Made by a program: the position numbers and the translations under genes. Of a stretch of 64,000 nt of DNA, positions 8,637 to 17,856 are shown in pieces (position 1 is the first letter of the stretch; each line of letters starts with the position of its first letter). Source of the DNA: Candidatus Bilamarchaeaceae archaeon (GTDB taxonomy: Archaea; Micrarchaeota; Micrarchaeia; Anstonellales; Bilamarchaeaceae); NCBI GenBank assembly GCA_038870635.1, contig JAVZJR010000002.1, positions 66,792-130,791 on the forward strand, read 5' to 3'. The notes under the pieces were generated by a model. The model made no database searches. It worked only from the letters and a program-made list of their open reading frames with translations, and was not told the DNA's origin.

Positions 8637-10683
8637 ATTTTTTATTTTCTTTATTTTTATTTCTGCTTTCTTTTAGAATTAGAATCACCAAGCTAAAGAT
8701 AAACTGTAAGATTGCGATATTCGACATTACGCAAATATTGAATACCCAGAAACTTGGTAGTGAAAGGATGATGGGTAAACTGTAATAGATTACACGTTTT
8801 AGTTTTCCCCATTCTAATCTCTTGCCTATAATAAATATTCCAAAAATAGCTAAGATTATAGTAATAACCCAAAGTACGTAATAACTTGGCGCTATCGCAA
8901 ACCAATTAAGCAACATAGGGAAATAGCACATCGCCTTTGCTTCTTCATTTATTTTTATACTTGTTTTTTTTATTATATAACCTGCTTTTGTCGCTATTAT
9001 TATTTTTTCACCAACAGTATCAGGTATATAGATGATCTCGCCGTTTTTATCTGTTTCATACTTTTTGCCATCTATGCTTACTACTGCGCCTTCTATTGGT
9101 TTTCCTTTCGTATCGACTAACTTTATTATGACTCTTTCCCCTATCCATGCTTCTTTTGCCGCGTCTATTCTTCCTAATCTTATAACTGGTAACATTACTC
9201 CACTTTGCGGGTATCCTTCTTTTGATGCTATTATCATTCCATCATATGGTGTTTTTATTCTAGTGAAACCATTTTCGTCGGCAATTGTTTGCATCTCTGA
9301 AGTGAATACATTAGCGTATGGTATAAATTCACCTTTATTATTTATGATTTGAATAAGCAGCTCATTTCCTTCTATTGTTTCGCCTTCAATCAACTTTATT
9401 TGGAGCTCTTTTTGTACACATTTGTTGGATACGCAGTTTTTATTTGATGGGCAATCACTATCCTTGCAACATTCATAAGTGTTGCAGCGATGGTTTTGGA
9501 TATATCCACATTCGCAGATTATTTTTTTACATTGAGCCATTTCGCAAACTTCGTTTTCTGCGCAATCGCTATCTTTTTTGCATAAAACACATTCTTCATT
9601 TTCGCATAAACCACTTTTACACTCCTCCCTTCTTTTACATTTTTCCTTAAAATCTTTTTTTGGCTTACAAAGTCCTTCTTCACAGTAAGAAAACTGGTTG
9701 CATTCTTCATCTTTAATGCATTCTGGTACTATTGTTATCTTAAATTCGTTATAACTTGACGCCACTGCATTTTTTGCATGTACTACCAATACGTATGTAC
9801 CAACTTTATGACCAATTAAAGTAAGATTGACATTTTCTGGTTGCCCTTTATAGAGTTTTGTTATTTTATAAGAAGTGCAATCAAAATAAGAAATACAATC
9901 AAGATAAACATCTACATCATTTTCAATGTAGTAGTCGCCGCTATTCTTTACTGTTACCGGTATCTTTATTTTTTGTCCTATAATCGCCGTAAAGTCAGGT
10001 AATGGTTCTATTTCTATTTTGTGCTTTTTGCCTTCTGTTGGTTTTGTGCCAGGTTGCTGGCAGGTGTAATTTACATCAGCTCGGATAGTGTAATTCATAG
10101 CCGCAGTACCTTTTGGTAGCATTATTTGATAATCATTAAGAGAACCGTTCCATCCTGGTTTATCATTTACTACCTCCGCCACGAAAACAATATTATTATT
10201 GGCGTCATTTAGGTATCCTATTCTGAAATTATCAGAAGAGGTATTATTTACATAGGTGTAGGTAGTTGGAACATTATTATAAGTGCCATAAGTGAGAGTG
10301 AAATTGGTTATGTTTTTGAATGTGTTTGTTCCGTTTTCTGTGCCCGAAATCAATGAATCAAGAATAGACAAATTACCTGCCTTGAGTGGTAAGAAAATAT
10401 TGCTTGAATTCACAGCAATTATATGTATTTTAATCGTATTGTAAATGCACGGCGGGTTTTGAGCGATTATATTTATTTCAGTTATGTTGTTTCCAGTTAC
10501 AGTATGATTGTATACCACTCCATTTCCTAGTAAGACATTTCCGTATACTCCATCCCAATAGGTAGAGTTAGAAAAGATAGTAAATGTTGTTTGAGTTGTG
10601 TTTCCGCCATCTATATTTAATTGAGAATAAACTAGTGAAATCATTAAAAGAAGCAGTAAGTTGGTTTTGATATTATTCATCAT
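8596..10683 (-). CDS. Multidomain surface protein: W-G-x-Y-G domain, CARDB-like domain, Cys-rich modules, CarboxypepD_reg-like domains, polytopic C-terminal membrane region
   Basis: The ORF-track start at 10719 is probably too long. ATG ATG at 10683/10680 precedes the signal-like NNIKTNLLLLLMISLVYSQ. Cys-rich block at aa 333-436. The motif VDTKGKPIEGAVVSIDGKKYETDKNGEI looks CarboxypepD_reg-like. Three hydrophobic segments lie at the C-terminus. Confidence 0.7.
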   Translation of the reverse strand: MMNNIKTNLLLLLMISLVYSQLNIDGGNTTQTTFTIFSNSTYWDGVYGNVLLGNGVVYNHTVTGNNITEINIIAQNPPCIYNTIKIHIIAVNSSNIFLPLKAGNLSILDSLISGTENGTNTFKNITNFTLTYGTYNNVPTTYTYVNNTSSDNFRIGYLNDANNNIVFVAEVVNDKPGWNGSLNDYQIMLPKGTAAMNYTIRADVNYTCQQPGTKPTEGKKHKIEIEPLPDFTAIIGQKIKIPVTVKNSGDYYIENDVDVYLDCISYFDCTSYKITKLYKGQPENVNLTLIGHKVGTYVLVVHAKNAVASSYNEFKITIVPECIKDEECNQFSYCEEGLCKPKKDFKEKCKRREECKSGLCENEECVLCKKDSDCAENEVCEMAQCKKIICECGYIQNHRCNTYECCKDSDCPSNKNCVSNKCVQKELQIKLIEGETIEGNELLIQIINNKGEFIPYANVFTSEMQTIADENGFTRIKTPYDGMIIASKEGYPQSGVMLPVIRLGRIDAAKEAWIGERVIIKLVDTKGKPIEGAVVSIDGKKYETDKNGEIIYIPDTVGEKIIIATKAGYIIKKTSIKINEEAKAMCYFPMLLNWFAIAPSYYVLWVITIILAIFGIFIIGKRLEWGKLKRVIYYSLPIILSLPSFWVFNICVMSNIAILQFIFSLVILILKESRNKNKENKKSISSSQPRNKQRL

Positions 10684-10733
10684 TTTTTTATCTGCCTTAT
10701 ATTTATTAATATTTCGCAATCCTAATCCTCTGG

Positions 10734-10797
10734 ATGATGACCAAGGTGATCGCTGAGAGCCATCTCATGGTTCGGTGATGATTGACGTGCGGTCTGA
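10734..10797 (+). ncRNA. C/D-box sRNA (2'-O-methylation guide), candidate 1
   Basis: C box ATGATGA 10734-10740. 12-nt guide CCAAGGTGATCG 10741-10752. D' box CTGA 10753-10756. 18-nt spacer with small hairpin (AGCCAT/ATGGTT). C' box GTGATGA 10775-10781. 12-nt guide TTGACGTGCGGT 10782-10793. D box CTGA 10794-10797. It sits in a GC-richer intergenic patch, with a TATA-like ATTTATTAAT at 10701-10710 about 25 nt upstream. Confidence 0.75.
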
Positions 10798-10830
10798 TTA
10801 ATTGTTTAGTCTAGTGCGGCAGTATATATT

Positions 10831-13800
10831 CTATCTAGGCGGTTTAACAAATTTATTCCAAAGGATGAAAGATATAGCTAAAATACCGCCAACTATAACA
10901 ATCCATATTATTGCATCGAGATAGTTACTTTGTTTCAACTTTTCTTGAGTAGTTGGTAATGATGTCTCTTCCTTCTCTTTCGCTAAACTCTTTATAGTGA
11001 GTGTGGACCTTATGGGCCCATTATTTATTATATAAGAAATTTTATATTCTTCTTTTTCTACCACAAACTGGCCTTCACCGTTTTCTGATGTTTGTAAAAT
11101 TTTCCTTTCCCCTGAAGAACTTTCTAATAAAACATCTCGTTTAGCTAGCGGTCCTAAGTGGCAAATATGGTTTTCACAATAAGGCCCAACTAATGTAAAT
11201 TTATAAATGTTACCTATAAACTCCTTTTCTTTACCTACTATTTTATATTCTCCTTTACAGTCGCTATCCTCACAACATTCATAATCTTTCCAAGAGTGAT
11301 TGGCAATATAGCCGCATTTTCCTTTTTCTATTAACTTACATTTATTTGTTGTAAGGTCGCAATACATGCTTTCACTACATTGTGTGTTATCTATGCATTC
11401 CTTTTTTTCTTTACAGATATGCTCTTTCGCATCACAGTAAAAATTACTTTCAATACAATCACTGTCAGTGCAGCATTGGTATTGTATACATTTATGATCA
11501 ACTATTTCACCGCAGCTACATTCGATTAATTTGCAAACGCCTTTTGTCTTTTCATTTTCTATATAACAATATTCTTTTTCATTACATTCTTGATTACTCT
11601 TACACCCATGACAAGATGTGTAATTGAATTCTTCTTTTGCGGGACAATAATAGCCCCTTCCTTCAAATTCTAAATTATATAAAATTGTATCTAATGTAGA
11701 TGGTAGTTTGTATAATATTTCACCACTATCATTACTCTTAAGACGCTCAATGTTATACTTACCATGGCTTATTAATATATACTCATTATCTATTAGTTTA
11801 TTGTTTGTTTCATCAATAAGTTTTATAATTAATATATCATTTAAACAATCAATGGTATAATTTATTTTAACTTTTCGAGAGCAGTATTCACTTTTACTTT
11901 TACTACTTTCGATAAGTTGTTTACGGCCCAATATTGTTAGGATACTTTCGTTAGCGAAATTGTTTATAGTGATTGATTTTGCTGTAGTATTTATTGTTTG
12001 ATTAGAGGCTTTTTCTATCCAATCGGTTTCATTATTTAACCATACTTCAAGACTGGAAGGATTATAGCCGCTTACCTCACTAGGATTCCAACTAAAAGTA
12101 ATTGAATCGATAATTAATAAATAGGCCGGGTAGTATTTACCTATTCTTATACTCTTACCGAAAAGTGCATAACCAGTAGGAGGCGTTCCAGAAGGGTTTT
12201 CAGACCAATTTATAAAAAACGAATATTTCTTTTTTAATGTAGTGTTTAATGATATATTTGCATAATTGCGAAGAGATAATTTACCATCAGGTGCATCAAA
12301 AATAACATTTTGTAAAGTAAGTATTAAAGAACCCACATTGTTTTTAACTATAAAGTCATAGCTGTTATTGTAGTAGTGGTCTTTCTGAATAAATAATACA
12401 CTCCCGTCTTCTAAAGTAACTCCGCTTATTTTATTTTTATAGATGGTATTGCTAGCGAATAGCGTAGTCGTTTTACCTAAGATTAGTACACCGCTCTCTT
12501 CGTTACTGTGTATTGTATTTTGGATTAGTGTATTATTATCTGCAGGTTCGTCTATTTGGATACCAATTCCATCGTTATTATAGATAGTATTATTAGAAAT
12601 AGTATTATTAGAAGAGTAGCCACTTATAACGAGGCCGTAATAATTTTTATAGATAATATTTTTATCTAATGTATTGTTAGATGAAGTATATAAAGAAAAT
12701 GCTATATCTGCTATATTATAGATGCTGTTATTTGAGAAAAAGCTATTGTTTGTCGAGATAAGAACAAAGCCTTCCGTAGCATTATATACGCTGTTATTTG
12801 AAAAAAAGTTGTTACTAGATGACTCACTTATTACAGCCGTGTCACTGTTATCATATATTTCATTATCTAATATGGAATTATTATTTGAAGCAATTAAGAC
12901 AATACTTACTTCGTTACTATATATTATATTTTGGCTGACTGTCGTATTTGTAATCCCTATCATTTCTAGACCAACAGTGTTATTATTTAGAGAATTTGTT
13001 TGGATGGTATGATTGTTAGAGAATTTTAATAATATACCAAAATTGGAGCCGTAGATGTTATTTTCTTTTATTTCCGTGTCATTTGATGAGGTTATGTCTA
13101 TGGCAGTTTGCAGAGCGTCATATATCGTATTGCTCAAAATAATATTTTGGTTTGACTCCTCATTTAATTTAATACCATAAAATATATTGTCGTATATTTG
13201 ATTATGAGTTAATAAATTGTTAGAAGATTTATATAACTCAAAACATTTATTATTTCTATATATTTTGTTATTTGAAAAATTATTTTCATTAGCATTATCT
13301 AAGTAAATGCCCCAATAATTATCATATATTTCGTTGAGTGTTATGTTATTTTTTGATGAAAATGAAACATGAATTCCTCTGCTTGTATTGTATATTAAAT
13401 TTTCTGATAAAGTGTTAGTATGTGTTGACCCTCCCAAAAAGAAACCATCTCCGTTATAGTAAACAAAATTTTTTGAGAAAGTGTTGTTAAAACCTCCAAT
13501 TGCACCAAAACCATAAGTGTTATTATGGACAGTGTTGTTTGTTATAATGTTGTCTGAAGATGATATTAAATATATCCCGTAAGTCGTGTTATATACAGTT
13601 GTATTTAAAATTTGATTGTATTGCGAGTTTTCAATACGAATACCATATGTATAATTTAAAATAGCTGCACAATTCTTAATAGTAACATTTGAAACAGAAA
13701 GCAAAGAAATACCATGTGTTGGAGTAGCGCCGTCCCCATTATAAGTTATGGTTTTGCCATTACAATCTAAAGTTATTTGAGAAGCTGTTATTTTTATACA

Positions 13801-13977
13801 TGCTTTATCATTGTCTGGAAAACCTGGTAGTTCATTTGGTGCTCCTACAAGATTGGAAGTAAGTATATAAGTTTCACCTTCTTGAGTAAGGTTAGAACAG
13901 CTATCAACGAGTATGTCCGCGAAACTTACACTGATCATTAACCCAATAAATAAGATATATTTACTATAGCTTGTCAT
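10831..13977 (-). CDS. Secreted beta-helix (PbH1/NosD-like) surface protein with beta-sandwich, Cys-rich modules and C-terminal TM anchor
   Basis: 1048 aa. Signal-like MTSYSKYILFIGLMISVSFA. Cap motif CIKITASQITLDCNGKTITYNG. About 20 coils of type NNTIYNN. Cys-rich block at aa ~778-940. C-terminal tail AIIWIVIVGGILAISFILWNKFVKPPR. Confidence 0.8.
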   Translation of the reverse strand: MTSYSKYILFIGLMISVSFADILVDSCSNLTQEGETYILTSNLVGAPNELPGFPDNDKACIKITASQITLDCNGKTITYNGDGATPTHGISLLSVSNVTIKNCAAILNYTYGIRIENSQYNQILNTTVYNTTYGIYLISSSDNIITNNTVHNNTYGFGAIGGFNNTFSKNFVYYNGDGFFLGGSTHTNTLSENLIYNTSRGIHVSFSSKNNITLNEIYDNYWGIYLDNANENNFSNNKIYRNNKCFELYKSSNNLLTHNQIYDNIFYGIKLNEESNQNIILSNTIYDALQTAIDITSSNDTEIKENNIYGSNFGILLKFSNNHTIQTNSLNNNTVGLEMIGITNTTVSQNIIYSNEVSIVLIASNNNSILDNEIYDNSDTAVISESSSNNFFSNNSVYNATEGFVLISTNNSFFSNNSIYNIADIAFSLYTSSNNTLDKNIIYKNYYGLVISGYSSNNTISNNTIYNNDGIGIQIDEPADNNTLIQNTIHSNEESGVLILGKTTTLFASNTIYKNKISGVTLEDGSVLFIQKDHYYNNSYDFIVKNNVGSLILTLQNVIFDAPDGKLSLRNYANISLNTTLKKKYSFFINWSENPSGTPPTGYALFGKSIRIGKYYPAYLLIIDSITFSWNPSEVSGYNPSSLEVWLNNETDWIEKASNQTINTTAKSITINNFANESILTILGRKQLIESSKSKSEYCSRKVKINYTIDCLNDILIIKLIDETNNKLIDNEYILISHGKYNIERLKSNDSGEILYKLPSTLDTILYNLEFEGRGYYCPAKEEFNYTSCHGCKSNQECNEKEYCYIENEKTKGVCKLIECSCGEIVDHKCIQYQCCTDSDCIESNFYCDAKEHICKEKKECIDNTQCSESMYCDLTTNKCKLIEKGKCGYIANHSWKDYECCEDSDCKGEYKIVGKEKEFIGNIYKFTLVGPYCENHICHLGPLAKRDVLLESSSGERKILQTSENGEGQFVVEKEEYKISYIINNGPIRSTLTIKSLAKEKEETSLPTTQEKLKQSNYLDAIIWIVIVGGILAISFILWNKFVKPPR

Positions 13978-14014
13978 AATACCATCTTTAGCAAAAAATT
14001 TAAATAGTTATTCT

Positions 14015-14863
14015 TTAACTCCATTTGCATTTTCCTTCGATACATCTGCAAACAACGCCATAAGTTGTTGGCCTATAGCAATCTTTCCATTCGCAGCTTG
14101 ACATAATTATGCCTTCTGATTTTGATTGGCATATCTGCGAGTTACAACCGCCGTGTGTGCAATCGCTATCAGTGGTGCACGGTCCTTCTGTTGACCATCC
14201 ACAAAAATCTTCCTTTGGTTTCTCTTCTTTATCTACACATTTAACTATTGTTGGGAATGATGTTGATAAGATACACTTTTTATCAGACGGACATAACTCG
14301 CATGGGTCGCCTGAATAGCATCTAGGTTTAGCATATCCGGGTAACCTATAACAATCCGCTCCTCTTGGGCAGTCTTTTATTGAATTGCATTCCGGGCCAA
14401 CTTTTGATTCGCTCTGAGCTTCTTTCTTTACAATTTTACATTGGTGGTTAACACACTTAGTTTCAAACATACCTCCTATGCCTGTACAGTAATCCGGGCA
14501 TTGTTTCTCTACATTTACAAAATTTTTCGAACCAACAAAACACTCACCTGTTTTTATGTGAGTGCCACAAGCACAATCTGCATCATTTGCGCAATAGTTT
14601 GGTTTTTCAGGTGAGCATTCCCCTCTTTGGTATGCCCATTCCTCACATTTAGCACCATTTGAGAATTCGCAAACTCCATACTCTCCGCTTGCTTCTTGGA
14701 CTATATTTAATCTTCCGCCATGGTTGATACAGAATTCCGAGGCAGGATTTGAGATAGTCGTGTCATTGCCTTTTTGGTCTTCGTTTTTAGAGTTTAGTTC
14801 TGGCATTATACATCCAAACATCAAGATAAAGCTTAAAATTAAAATTATTTTTATCATTTTCAT
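14015..14863 (-). CDS. Secreted Cys-rich protein with N-terminal DUF333-like domain (lipobox-like signal)
   Basis: MKMIKIILILSFILMFGC signal/lipobox-like. NPASEFCINHGGRLNIV..GVCEFSNGAKCEEWAYQRGEC matches the DUF333 pattern as I remember it. 31 Cys in 282 aa by my count. Confidence 0.65.
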   Translation of the reverse strand: MKMIKIILILSFILMFGCIMPELNSKNEDQKGNDTTISNPASEFCINHGGRLNIVQEASGEYGVCEFSNGAKCEEWAYQRGECSPEKPNYCANDADCACGTHIKTGECFVGSKNFVNVEKQCPDYCTGIGGMFETKCVNHQCKIVKKEAQSESKVGPECNSIKDCPRGADCYRLPGYAKPRCYSGDPCELCPSDKKCILSTSFPTIVKCVDKEEKPKEDFCGWSTEGPCTTDSDCTHGGCNSQICQSKSEGIIMSSCEWKDCYRPTTYGVVCRCIEGKCKWS

Positions 14864-14915
14864 GCCTTCTATATTTTTATTTAAGTTTTTAATGCTAATG
14901 GTGTAACTAAAAGAT

Positions 14916-15814
14916 ATGAAAATAGGTTATCCTTGCATAAACACCAGCATAGGTTGTACTGCAAATTCTACATTTAGACTAAAAAACTACTCAGAAGAAA
15001 ATATGGTAGAGAAAATAAATAACAACCTCGATTGTCTTGAAAAGATCCTCAATTATAATGTTGAAAAAGGATTTTTGTTTTTTAGAATTAGTTCAGATTT
15101 GGTTCCATTTGCAAGTCACCCCATCTGTACTTTTAATTGGAGAGGTTATTTCAAAAAAAGATTTAGGGAAATGGTAAATTCATAAAAGAAAACGAGATTA
15201 GGATATCAATGCACCTAGATCAATTCGTGCTTATAAATGCAACCAAAAAGGCCATTATAGATAGTAGTATCGCAGAATTAAAATGGCATTGTGATGTTTT
15301 GGATTTGATGAATTTAGATAACAGCGCAAAAGTTCAGATACATGTGGGTGGTGTTTACGGCGATAAAGAAAGTGCCATAAGCCGTTTTATACAAAACTAC
15401 AAAGCTTTGTCGCATAACATAAAGAAAAGACTTGTTATTGAAAATGACGATAGAAATTTCTCATTGAGGGATTGTCTAAAAATAAGTGAAAACGTAGGGG
15501 TACCAGTTCTTTTTGATTCTTTTCACCACGAATGCCTAAACAATGGAGAGAAAGTGTGCGACGCCATTAAACTTCCTAGCGAGACGTGGAAAAATGAAGA
15601 TGGCATACTTATGGTTGATTACAGTTCGCAGGAGCCAAATCAACGGGTAGGAAAACATGCTGAACACATAGATTTAAACCATTTTAAAAATTTCTTAAAC
15701 TCTACAAAAAGATTTGATTTTGATATAATGCTTGAAATTAAAGATAAAGAGACAAGTGCAATAGAAGCCATTCAAGTCTTAAAAAAACTAAATATCGACA
15801 AAAAAGCGAACTAA
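14916..15814 (+). pseudogene. uvdE: UV damage endonuclease UvdE, interrupted by a frameshift
   Basis: ORFs 14916-15185 and 15209-15814 together give a UvdE-like protein (RISSDLVPFASHP ... GGVYGDKESAISRF ... VIENDD ... FDSFHH). The second frame is already open from 15167 and reads GNGKFIKENEIRISMHLDQF. A 1-nt frame change must therefore lie between 15167 and 15185. Confidence 0.7.
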
Positions 15815-15844
15815 TTATTAATTTTTTTTGTTCTAATTGCTTTC

Positions 15845-16303
15845 ATGAAAATTAAATTGCTCTTTCTTATTGGATTGCTGCTCGTAGACGTTTTATTTGC
15901 TGGATGTGCCTATGATGGATATTCAACTGCATGTAAAGCTTGTAAATTCAGCGATAATGGGAAAATTGACCAAGCATGTATGAAAGATTTGAAGGAAAGA
16001 AGCCTGATTTGTATAAGCGGTAAATACCCTATAATGAGTGCAAAATATTCATTGGGTCAATGTCCTGGCGTTGACGCCTGTACCTCGCAATTGTCTGCGT
16101 GTATATCTAAAAGTTCAACAGGTAATGATGAAAAAGATTGCAAAAGTGGTGTGGTTGCTGACTGCTATTACGAAGCTGATGAGTGTATACACAAAGTTGC
16201 ATTAGAGTGCGGCGATCAGCCTGCGAGTTCATCTTGTGCGCTTCCCGTAATATTAATGACAGTTGTTTTATGCTTAGGTCTATACTTTGGTATTACAAGA
16301 TAA
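15845..16303 (+). CDS. Small secreted Cys-rich protein with C-terminal Cys-TM-basic tail
   Basis: Signal/lipobox-like MKIKLLFLIGLLLVDVLFAGC. Many Cys. Tail SSSCALPVILMTVVLCLGLYFGITR. Confidence 0.6.
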   Translation: MKIKLLFLIGLLLVDVLFAGCAYDGYSTACKACKFSDNGKIDQACMKDLKERSLICISGKYPIMSAKYSLGQCPGVDACTSQLSACISKSSTGNDEKDCKSGVVADCYYEADECIHKVALECGDQPASSSCALPVILMTVVLCLGLYFGITR

Positions 16304-16324
16304 ATGAATTTTTACAAAACATAG

Positions 16325-17845
16325 GTTTTTTGCATTGGTTCTCATCGTCAATACCTTTTTTCATACATAAACGAAGCGTATCAGTGTGGGGGTTTGCCAA
16401 AAGGCAGCCACGAACGAGAGTATGATTGCATAATGGTTGGTGGATGTCTTAGAAATGCAACTATCTCTATACGCTTGGAAACAAATGTTACGGCAAATAT
16501 GATGATTCTAACTTTTGCCCAAAAGTAGTTTGCAGCGGCACGACAATAAAGAAAAACTGTAGATGTGATTCTGTTACAGGAAATTGTGTTTATGATGAAG
16601 GTTATTGCAAGTTGGGTGTAACGCCGATGGCACAGACTGTGCATTAGAAAAACCAGTAAAACCAAAGCAAACCTATCAAAAAGGCGATGAGGTATTGTGG
16701 GGAAGGAGTATCATTACTGTGGTACTGCTGCGGGTGAGAATTGTGCAACTTGTAGTTTTGACTGCAAATGCGATGCGGGTTATGTATGCGACCCAACTTC
16801 TGCGAATGCAAATTATATGGGTTGTGTTAGAGTAGAAGAGAAAAAAGAAGAGAACGCGATGGTATGCGGTGGCAAAGTATGCAAAATGTTTTGCCTTAAG
16901 GATTATAGATATGATATAAAAACCGGCCAGTGGGTCCCTGCTGATTACTCTATGATTCCGGTGAGATGTAGCGAAGGTGTGCAGTGTACTTATGCACCAG
17001 CGATGTACTGCAAAACAGGGTGTAATAGCAACACGGGCAAATGCTTGCCTGATGATGCGAGCGCAGATGGATGCATAGAGGATGGCGAGTACATTATTCA
17101 GTCAGCTTCTGGAAAATTGCCAGTAAAACGCGCAATAAACAAGGACGGCTCTTCTGAAATTACAATATTGCAGCTAGTGAGTCATGCTAAGCACTGTGTT
17201 GGAGATTACATATCAACAGATGCAGAGACAAAGGTGTGGATAAAACACAAGAACGGTATGATCTCTTATATAGGTCCAGGTTCGCAGTACGTTGATGGAT
17301 CTCGGGGCAAGAATGTTGTTGAAGCAAAAGGAAAGATACAAATTAAAAATCCAGGTGCACCTACTGAGGAAGAAAAAGGTATCGTTACAGTAGTTCCTCT
17401 TCAAATTGCTGCTGAAATACAGGAAGGCGCTGATTATGGAACTGTTTCCCATATTCACCATGACTTGAGGGATTTCTATATAAAGAATACTCTAAAAGGC
17501 GGCCCCATTGATATATGGGTATACAACCAACACTCCAATGTGATATATGATATATACGATGATCATGAAATCGTGACCGTGCTTGAAGGAGAGGTAGTGG
17601 TAACTGACTCTAAGACAAAACAGCAATTTTCACTGACCGCAGGAAAGCAACTAACTCACGAGCTCGGACAAGAGATTCAGCCAAACATGCAACAAAACAT
17701 AGAGGATGTTGATTTAAGTAGGATGGAGGATAACTCAACACCTCCAGAAGGTAGTGTAAGCGCTAATGGGGGCGTTTGCACAATTGGGTTGTTTATGATT
17801 TTACTTCTAATCAGTCTTTATATAATAAAAGGAAGGGTTGATTAG
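16325..17845 (+). pseudogene. Cys-rich membrane-anchored protein with a frame-scrambled 5' region (intact part 16697-17845)
   Basis: Cys-rich coding-like signal runs in frame 2 (16325-16525). It continues in frame 1 (16453-16644, ..KCYGKYDDSNFCPKVVCSG..CRCDSVTGNCVYDEGYCK..) and then frame 0 (16605 onward, CNADGTDCALEKP..). It ends in frame 2 again (GTG 16697, GKEYHYCGTAAGENCATC...). No signal peptide was found. The C-terminal tail is GGVCTIGLFMILLLISLYIIKGRVD. Confidence 0.5.
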
Positions 17846-17856
17846 ACTAAATTTAT

